Assembly (NCBI GenBank): GCA_951406725.2
Contig: OX597823.1
Coordinates: 105,276,001 to 105,340,000, forward strand
Direction of reading: 5' to 3'
Source of the DNA: Octopus vulgaris
Lineage: Eukaryota
DNA length: 64,000 nucleotides
This document shows positions 55,391 through 64,000 of the stretch, piece after piece. How positions within the stretch are numbered: the first letter of the stretch is position 1; each line of letters begins with the position of its first letter. A program made the translations under genes and the position numbers. A model generated the notes under the pieces. The model was not told where the DNA came from, searched no databases, and worked only from the letters and a program-made list of their open reading frames with translations.

Positions 55391-58300
55391 ACCATTGTTT
55401 TCTTTTTTCTGGTTTAAATTTTTTTTCAAAACAGAAAAATATTTATGCAGCACTAATTAACAGCTTGTTGTAATTCACTGATTTCACCAGTTTTAATTAC
55501 TTTTAATTAGTTCCTTATTATAAATCCTTAATCAAATAACATGAAAGATAAATTTTGCAGTGTTTTAACAACATTTTAAAAAATTATTAACGTACAGACA
55601 GCAGCAGCAGCAGCAGCAGCAACAACAACAACAACAACAATAACAACACAGACAATACATTGTATTAAAAACTTTGTCTTCTTTGTTCCAGGAAAAGAAA
55701 TTTTGATAAGAACAGACTTTAAATTGATTAGATTTAATAATATTGCTAACGAAGCTGTGAAGTTTCAGCATTATGAAGTATGTTGGTAATGAACCAAAAT
55801 GAAACAGTAAAATACTTTAAATAAACTGGGAAGTTGCAGAACAATCACTCATCTGAGCAGAGTTATGATCAGAGATAATCCAAATGTGGCCATCATGTCT
55901 TTGTTTAAGGTGTAATGCATCAAAAACTACATTATTCTGGATACACAGATTTCTTTTTTTTTTTATGTGAGTTGAGGGAAATTTAGCTGCCATTTCTTGC
56001 AGTTTATGCAACCATGTAAAGACTCATTCATTGGTTTGATTCAGCTGTGTGGAGAAATAATGTTCTTTGTGAAGTGACTCTGAGACAGTCTTACATACCT
56101 GTTTTGATAATTTCATTTGTCTGATAGAACTGAAGACTTTGGTTCTATAATATTTATGAGGAATCAGAAATGAGATTATGTGGCATGAATACTACATAAT
56201 ATAATTTCTGTTTCTTTATAAATCAGAGAGAATTTCAGCTGCTTGAGTTGGCAGTGTACCAAAATTCAGGCAGATACACAAATGCTATCAGCTTGCATTT
56301 TGTTATAAATGCTGTGTTTTGTCTCAGGCAAATACACTTCATAATTTCAATAGCCCAGCTTGTTAGAGAGTAACTCTGACTTTTGAGGCTCCTTAACTAT
56401 ATATTTCTAGAAAAAATACCTCAAGATATGTCATGTTGAAAATTTCTAAAATGAATGAAACAGTGTTGTACATGATTATAACTGACAAGAAATTTTAAGA
56501 ATTTCATAATAAGGAAAAACAAAAGAATCCAATGCATCTATTTTATTATTCCTTAATTTCAAATTCAAAACTGTTAATCCCACCAAATATTATGATGAAA
56601 TAATTATCTCCCTTGTATTAACTGTCTGCTAAGAGACACCAAGTGTTTGAAATATCTGAATGTTACAGCATAAAATATAATCTTAAAATAAAAAAAGAAA
56701 AGTCATTAAGAGATCAATTTACATTTTAATTTCTAACTTTAATGCTTATAATTAGATTTTCACAATCAATATGTTTCTGTATTTTAAATCGTCGCTTTTC
56801 TTAAATGCAACATTAGGTTACAGTAATGAGGCATTTGTTAGATTGCATCTTTCCTTTATAAAATAGTTCCCCTATCCCTGATCCGCTGTATGAGGATGTA
56901 TGTAAACAGATGCTGCAAGATGATACACAGTTCTTAGGTGTAATGTGTGTGAATGAGTATTTTCAATCATTCATTTTGTCATTTTATTCTTTAGCAAAAG
57001 AGGTTTACTGTATAAGTACCAGCCTTTAAAAAAGTACTGGGGTTGATTTATTTGACTAAACTCTACAAGGTGGTGCCACAGCTTGGCCACAGTCCAATGA
57101 CTGAAAGTTAAAGATAAACGATAAAATATTAGAGTGCTTGCTTTGTTTGACTGTACTCTATGCGTTGAGCAAAAGCAGAATTTGATGCTTAATTATTAAC
57201 AAAATCCTTCTCAATCTTTTACGACAGACATTAATAGATAGCTTCACTATTATTGCAAGTCGACTGTACTTTAGTGTGTCTGATGCGAAAAGATATGGCA
57301 GGTTGTCTAAAATGGTATCCATAAGTCTCTGAGTAAATGATGTGATTGCTCAGAATTATATACAACAACCGATATCACTTATAGCTTATCCGAATTCTGT
57401 GTTCCATTGACTGTCTGTAGTCCACTTTTTTCTTTCCTTCTGACTTTCTTTCACTCTTTCTGCCTCTCTTCCTCTCTCCATCAAAACTTCTCCTTAACAC
57501 ACACTAACACAGAGGCTTAGACACACACATAGACTATCAAGACATTGCTGAGTCAATGTCTGAATATATCTATTGATTAATGTATCATGGATATCTTTCA
57601 AATTTTTATAAAAGTCAGAATTACCAGCACTGTTCCTGTAAATAGAGATAAATAGCAAAAACAGAATGATGATGATGATGATGGTGATGATGGTGATGAT
57701 GATAACATCAACAAAACCAAAATAAATTAATTTCTGAATGTACTCGTTTCAATAAATATCTATTATGAAAGTAAAACTAATCGTAACCAACAGTTGAGAG
57801 ACTATTTTTATTGTTTTTTTCTCAAAGACGAATTTGACCTTCTGTATCAAGTGGAATTTTCACATCTGATTTGGCAAGGCATCATCAACTATGGAGATAT
57901 TTCACATGAATTTGGATAGAAGTGATATCCCAGAATCTTATGGGAATAAAGCTCTGTCAATAGGTTAACCAGTTATAGGTATAAGTATTCATACAATAGT
58001 CAGCTATGCTAAGTTCAGTCAGACATTTATATTTATGGTGGTAACTTGCTAAAGTCTATTGGGACCTGGATTTAGTTTCCTTTTTTGCATTCGAATCTTT
58101 AGATCAAGGTTATTTTTGTTCGTTTCTTGCTGGTTACTGTTATAGAAAACCTTACAAATTGTTATCAACAGATTGTTGTGTAAATTCAACATTTTAGAGA
58201 TATTTTTTTTATGTTCAGCACAAAAAAAACAAAACAAGAAATATTGTCTTTTGTGGTTTATATAGAAAATATCTATACTATAATGGAGAAAGCTGCTTAT

Positions 58301-58509
58301 TAATTATGTGTGTAGCAGTTACTAAAAGTACTAAAAGAAAGCAATTATTAAAGGGTTGACCGTCTGGAAATATTTTTATAAATTTATGTTCTAAGAAATT
58401 TCCTATTATTTCGATTTCTCAAGCTTATTGAATTTTTTTAACTCCAATTTCTCGCAAATCTAAATATTCATTGCATTTACTGCAGCCAATTCTTCAAAAG
58501 TTTAAATAC

Positions 58510-58733
58510 CTATTTCTTTACTACACACAAGGGGCTAAACACAGAGGGGACAAACAAGGACAGACAAACGGAGTAAGTCGATTACATCGACCCCAGTGCG
58601 TAACTGGTACTTAATTTTATCGACCCCAAAAGGATGAAAGGCAAAGTCGACCTCGACGGAATTTGAGCTCAGAACGCAATGGCAGACGAAATACGGCTAC
58701 GCATTTCGCCAGGCGTGCTAAAGTTTCTGCCAG
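58510..58733 (-). mobile_element. Meta-domain SINE monomer
   Basis: Full reverse-complement match. Confidence 0.85.
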
Positions 58734-58744
58734 CATGCCGAGGC

Positions 58745-58990
58745 AGCCTGGGTCAAATGCTTCTTTTGGCTCTCTCCACACATATACTTGCCAGTGGTTG
58801 GAAATAGGGTAAAGGATGACTCGTTCGAGAAAATATCATTCTTCTCATATGGTAGGGACCAATTCTGAAGGTTTTTACTCCCCTCTAAACGTTTTGCAAC
58901 TTTATTTTTTTGAGAGTAGTGGTTTTCTGATTGCAGCCTTCTCATGAAATCCAGCTTTGTGCATTACCCAGCGAACAGTTTTTGTTACTT
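58745..58990 (-). mobile_element. Tc1-like transposase fragment
   Basis: NDIFSNESSFTLFPTTG resembles VIFSDES, followed after a frameshift by YVWREPKEAFDP. Confidence 0.6.
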
Positions 58991-59063
58991 AGTTGGTGAT
59001 TACTTGTAACCTCTTCCATAGAGATGGTGCCTGCAAAGAACAAAAGATGGTACCTGCAAAGAA

Positions 59064-59479
59064 GGCGGCGAGCTGGCAGAAACAGTAGCACGCCGGGCGA
59101 AATGCTTAGCAGTATTTCGTCTGCCGCTACGTTCTGAGTTCAAATTCCGCCGAGGTTGACTTTGCCTTTCATCCTTTCGGGGTCGATTAAATAAGTACCA
59201 GTTACGCACTGGGGTCAATATAATTGACTTAGTCCATTTGTCTGTCCTTGTTTGTCCTTTCTGTGTTTAGCCCCTTGTGGGTAGTAAAGAAATAGGTATT
59301 TCGTCTGCCGTTACATTCTGAGTTCAAATTCCGCCGAGGTCGGCTTTGCTTTTCATCCTTTCGGGGTCGATTAAATAAGTACCAGTTATGCACTGGGGTC
59401 GATATAATCGACTTAATCCATTTGTCTGTCCTTGTTTGTCCTCTCTGTGTTTAGCCCCTTGTTGGTAGTAAAGAAATAG
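59064..59479 (+). mobile_element. Meta-domain SINE dimer with 15-bp TSD
   Basis: Head plus units 59112-59295 and 59296-59479. TSD GGTACCTGCAAAGAA at 59049-59063 and 59479-59493. Confidence 0.9.
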
Positions 59480-61444
59480 GTACCTGCAAAGAACAAGACT
59501 TCCTCATGTAAGTTCTGATCTGCATATTGCAAGTCCTGTTCTTTGTATATACCATTTCTATGGCACACAGCTGTGAGTGAAGCTTTTGGGAGTTATGGGA
59601 CTTAATTGTGAGGGATGTGAAGGGGCATACATAAAAGGTTGGGTTCTGTCCCCAGTGGGATGGGAATGAAATACCTTTGCTCTTCAGGAATAACTGATAT
59701 AAATCTGGTGGAGTTCCAATCTGTTAGCTGGCTTGAAGCAGCAGAAGGTTCAGGTGTGGGGTGTGTAGGAATATGTGAGATGGATTGTCTTGATTAAGAA
59801 CTAGTCACGCTATCTAATGCTTGTAGAGACTGTGAAACTGGAGCTGAGGGATGAGTTTGAAGCCAAGAAAGAGATTAAAAATAATTATAGAATTGATGCG
59901 TTCCTAAGGATTAAGAGAAGGGGATGATATTAACTTATGCAGACATTTCAGAATGGTAAATTATTGGGATTCTTTGCCAGAGGCATTGATCTCAGAAGTA
60001 TGCAATAGCCAAGTGGAGGCAAATATATCGAAGCTATTATGACTGATGATATCAGAGAGGGGAAGAAGGGAGGGGGAGAGGGGTGAAGTGAGAGGATGAT
60101 GAGTATATGAAGTGAAAGGTGAGGTGATAGGATGACTTTAGTAAGAGGTGAATTTGGAAAATGATAATTTCAATAAGATAGCGAGAGAGAAGTGAGGTGA
60201 GAGGCTGATGACTTCAGACTGAAACAGAGGGAAAGAGAGAGAGAGAGAGAGAGAGAGGAAGAGAGTGAGTAAAAGCAAAAGAGAGAGAAAGAGGTAGGGG
60301 TGAAGTAATAATGTTAATGCTATTTAAATGATGAAGCTCAATTTTAAACTTAATCATCACCTCAACGATCAATTTATACCTATTTAATCTGCAAAAATGT
60401 AAACAAACACACTAAAAAAATCAGATGATGAAGGCCACAATGTAATATGAATGTGATTAATATCAGATGGGATTTACAGCCAGATCTGAAGAACAAGGTA
60501 GTGAGACCACAAAATAGCCAACAAACGGTCCAATTCCTTCTAAGTGGAATTGGTAGACAGAAACTGAAGAAACCTGTAATATGCGTGTATATGTATATCT
60601 GTGTGTTTGTGTGAGTGGTTTTTATTTTCTCTTTGTTTTGTCTGTGTTTACTGACTGTAAGTAAAACAACAGCTTGGCTAAACCACAACTGTGAGTGATG
60701 GTGATGTTTGCTTACAGTAATTATTTTCCACTTTAGGCACAGGGCCTGAAATTTAGGGGGAGGGGTACAGTCAATTAGATTGACCCCAGTGCGCAACTGG
60801 TACTTTATTCATCGACCTCGAAAGGAAGAAAGACAAAGTCGACCTCGGCGGAATTTGAACTCCAAATGTAAAGACAGACGAACTACCGCTAAGCATTTTT
60901 CCCCGCATGCTAATGTTTCTGCCAGGTAATATATGTGATGTCAAAACAAGGAGGCACAAACACAAACACACACACACACATACACAGACACACATACATA
61001 CACACACACACACACACACACGCATGCATGTACATGTGCACATGCAGATGCACATATACGATAAGATTTTACACAGTTTCTGTCTACCAAATTCACTAAC
61101 AAAGCTTTGGTTGTCCAAAGGCTCTAGCAGAAGACTCTTGCCAAAGATTCCATGCAGTAGCAGTGAACTCAAAACCTTGTGGTTGTGAACATTCTAACCA
61201 TACACCTACCCAGGTGTCATAGACAAAATACCTTGTCTCAAATCCTTACTCATATTGATTATGATTTTCATCTTTCTGAGGTTGATAAAATAAATACTAG
61301 TCAACATTATGGTATCAATACAATCAACTATGTTTGGTTAAAGATGGTGCCCCAGCATGGCCACAGTCCATTGACTGAAGCTAGCTAAAGAATTAATGAA
61401 AATATTTATTTATCAAATGCTGCAGAGTTTATAGAGTCCATAGA

Positions 61445-61551
<107 letters not shown>

Positions 61552-63427
61552 GCCCCCTCTCGGCGCTTCTATACGTATTGACTCTTGAGCCACTACTGCG
61601 GAAGCTGGCGACTCTAAGGGGCATCTCGCGAGAATTGGGATGCGGGACGAGCGTGTCTGCATACGCGGACGACGTCACCGTCATAGTGTCTAGCCACGAG
61701 CACATCGAGCTGGTCGGCGGGACACTGAAAAACTACGAAGCGGTGACAGGAGCGAAAATCAACCGGGAAAAGTCAGTGGGCTTGCGACTAGGCACCTGGA
61801 GAAGCAAGCCCATGCTGTCCACCAGCGCCTCCGTCGTGGGACGCTGGACCGACGGCCCGGTTGAGTTGCTCGGGGTCTGGTTTGGTCCGGACCTCCAAGT
61901 GGAGAAGAACTGGAACGAGATAACGAGTAGGGTGGTCACTCTTGCCCGGCAATGGGCCGAGAGGAAACTGTCCCTAAAAGGTCGAGCGGCGGTGGCGAAC
62001 ACGTACATCGCGTCCGTCATCTACTACCGCCTGACCGTCGTACCTTGTCCCGACCCTACCATCACCAAACTACAACGCATCCTCTTTCGCTTCTTGTGGA
62101 AAGGATGCGTCCCGATGGTCAGGCGATCCATTTGCTGTCAACACCCGTTAAAAGGAGGGCTGGGCATGCCGTGGTTGATGATGCGCAGACACGCGCTGAG
62201 ACTGCGACATCTCTGGCTCTATGTAGACGACGGTGAACAGGTGTGGTCGCCGTTTGTGAGGCACGCTTTCCCGCAGCTCGTCTCCATGACCGAACTGCAG
62301 TCGTGGATCAAAAAGAGGCCGAGGAAGGGCGAATGGCACCGCGAGTGTCGCGTTGCTCTCAAGCAACTCTGCCGTCCTGGGTCGACCTTAAGTGACTTCA
62401 ACACAACCAAAGCATTCTATAGGGGTTTAGTGGAGGGGAGGTACGACGACGAGCTCGGGGCGAACCTGGACGTCGACGAGGAGTACCTGACCCACCTGTT
62501 CAGGACGACTTTCGGGCCAGGGCCCATGGACAACTTCCAGAGATCCCTGGCCTGGCAGTGCTACCGAGAAGCGCTACCCATTCGGGATAAGCTCTACAGA
62601 CACGGCTCGAGAAACACGGGGCCGACCTGCCCGAGATGCGGTCAGAGCGACGAAACCGTTCTGCACGCACTCGTTCAGTGTCCAACAATTTCCGACCTGT
62701 GGGCTTATGTCGAACAACTGCTGTCACGTGTGGGACGAGTCGGTTTATCAGCTGAGTCTATCGTCAATATTGTCACGCCTCCTTCCTTCAAACGGGAAGG
62801 AAGAGCTATTTTCATCATCCTTGTGGCTATGGCGAAAGAATGTATCTGGTGGACGCGTCTGAAAGGATTGGAGACAAACACTTTCCTCTCTGGTCAATCT
62901 CTCATCAACTTCTTCAAGTACCACTTGAAAAGGAAAGTGAGAGTAGAGAGGCAAGTTTTGTCTAGCGAATGTTTTAAAAAAAGATGGGTGAATGTAGCAA
63001 GAATGGCACGTATGAATGACGAAGCCACCTTGAGCATAGTCCTATGAACCCAGAAATCGAAAACAGAGAGTTGCTTATTTGCAAAAAAAAAAAAAAAAAA
63101 AAAATGAAATTTAAAATGTGACTTCATTGACCGATGTTACCGTGGTCTTTTCCGTAGGCTTTTCTTTCCACGGATAAACCTCACCTGTCCTCCCCTTTAC
63201 ACTTCATATTGACATTTCTGTGATAACGATCCCTATTGATCAATTTTTTTTTCTCCCCCCTTTTTTTTTAACCCCCCTTTTTTGTCCTCTTTCTCTCCTT
63301 TTACAATCCCTTTTGATCGAAACTCCCCCTTCCTTTTTTTTTTTTTTTTTCTAACCCTTCAAAAGAAAAGCTCTACCTTGTAATTTGTTCTATCTGTGTG
63401 CAGCCCTGTGTGGCTAATAAAGAAACA

Positions 63428-63428
<1 letters not shown>
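61552..63428 (+). mobile_element. 5'-truncated Tx1/L1-clade LINE inside a (TATC)n array
   Basis: Starts mid-RT (CPLSALLYVL), has an intact ORF2 C-terminus and a 3' UTR with AATAAA. (TATC)n on both sides (61446-61551, 63428-63507). Confidence 0.92.
61578..63047 (+). CDS. Partial LINE ORF2: reverse transcriptase C-terminal half + CCHC zinc knuckle
   Basis: 489 aa uninterrupted. SAYADD, TGAKINREKS, LSLKGRA, KGGLGMP and CPRCGQSDETVLHALVQC are L1/Tx1-type motifs. N-terminus lost to 5' truncation. Confidence 0.9.
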   Translation: MTLEPLLRKLATLRGISRELGCGTSVSAYADDVTVIVSSHEHIELVGGTLKNYEAVTGAKINREKSVGLRLGTWRSKPMLSTSASVVGRWTDGPVELLGVWFGPDLQVEKNWNEITSRVVTLARQWAERKLSLKGRAAVANTYIASVIYYRLTVVPCPDPTITKLQRILFRFLWKGCVPMVRRSICCQHPLKGGLGMPWLMMRRHALRLRHLWLYVDDGEQVWSPFVRHAFPQLVSMTELQSWIKKRPRKGEWHRECRVALKQLCRPGSTLSDFNTTKAFYRGLVEGRYDDELGANLDVDEEYLTHLFRTTFGPGPMDNFQRSLAWQCYREALPIRDKLYRHGSRNTGPTCPRCGQSDETVLHALVQCPTISDLWAYVEQLLSRVGRVGLSAESIVNIVTPPSFKREGRAIFIILVAMAKECIWWTRLKGLETNTFLSGQSLINFFKYHLKRKVRVERQVLSSECFKKRWVNVARMARMNDEATLSIVL

Positions 63429-63509
<81 letters not shown>

Positions 63510-63729
63510 GAGCAAAACACTTTATTCCATGTTGCTCCAGTGCACTCAGCTGTAGAAATGAGTTTAGCCCAGAGAGGGATGGGCTTCACCAGGCTTTCTT
63601 GCCCTAAATACACTGCATGGCTGCAGTGCCCCAATAACCCCAAGGGGTTAAGGGACTTGTCATTGTCATTGTCTGGTGGGCTGCGAGGACTATGAGTGCA
63701 AGTTTTTCAGCAGCCACTAACTATACACA

Positions 63730-64000
63730 GTGAAGGTGTGTGGTTAGGGTATTCATATAATCGTGAGTTCAGTACTTGGCAGGGCACTGTGTCTTTGAGC
63801 AAGACACTATTTCACGTTACTCCAGTCAACTCACCTGGCAAAAATGACCTGTAATTCAAAGGGTCAGCCTTGTCCCATTCTGTTTCACACTGAATCTCTT
63901 TGAGAACTACGTTAAACACATGTGTCTGTGGAGCGCTCAGCCACTAGCTCATTAACTTCATCAGCAAGCTGTTCGGTTGATCGGATCAGCTGGAACAACT
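63730..64000 (+). mobile_element. Family E SINE, degenerate
   Basis: GTGGTTAGGGT...TCTTTGAGCAAGACACT...CTCCAGTCAACTCACCTGGCAAAAATG, matching 27545-27814. Confidence 0.7.

Noticed and set aside
60205-60226. CTGATGA...GAAAC hammerhead-like match
   Set aside because: No stem I or stem III pairing and no NUH site.

Overview
Eukaryotic, AT-rich, microsatellite-saturated intronic/intergenic DNA. The mix of tRNA-derived CORE-, Meta- and RTE-tailed SINEs with dense (TA)n/(TATG)n/(TATC)n/(ATT)n arrays most resembles an octopus (coleoid cephalopod) genome; this is inference, not a database match. I cannot support any host protein-coding gene, only a few weak splice-site-bounded exon candidates, and almost all listed ORFs are microsatellite artefacts. 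Recognisable mobile elements: a young 5'-truncated Tx1/L1-clade LINE inside a (TATC)n array, a decayed Penelope-like element (RT + GIY-YIG), two CR1-like and two R4/Dong-like fragments, RTE fragments, a full-length DD37D (maT) transposon, mariner/Tc1 remnants and many SINEs. The most notable signal is a set of minimal type-I hammerhead ribozyme motifs from at least five unrelated small elements in or beside (TA)n tracts. Most have a palindromic stem III, as in Penelope-associated hammerheads. One four-copy family carries a non-canonical CUGUNGA core (A6U). Coordinates were read by hand and may be off by a few bases.
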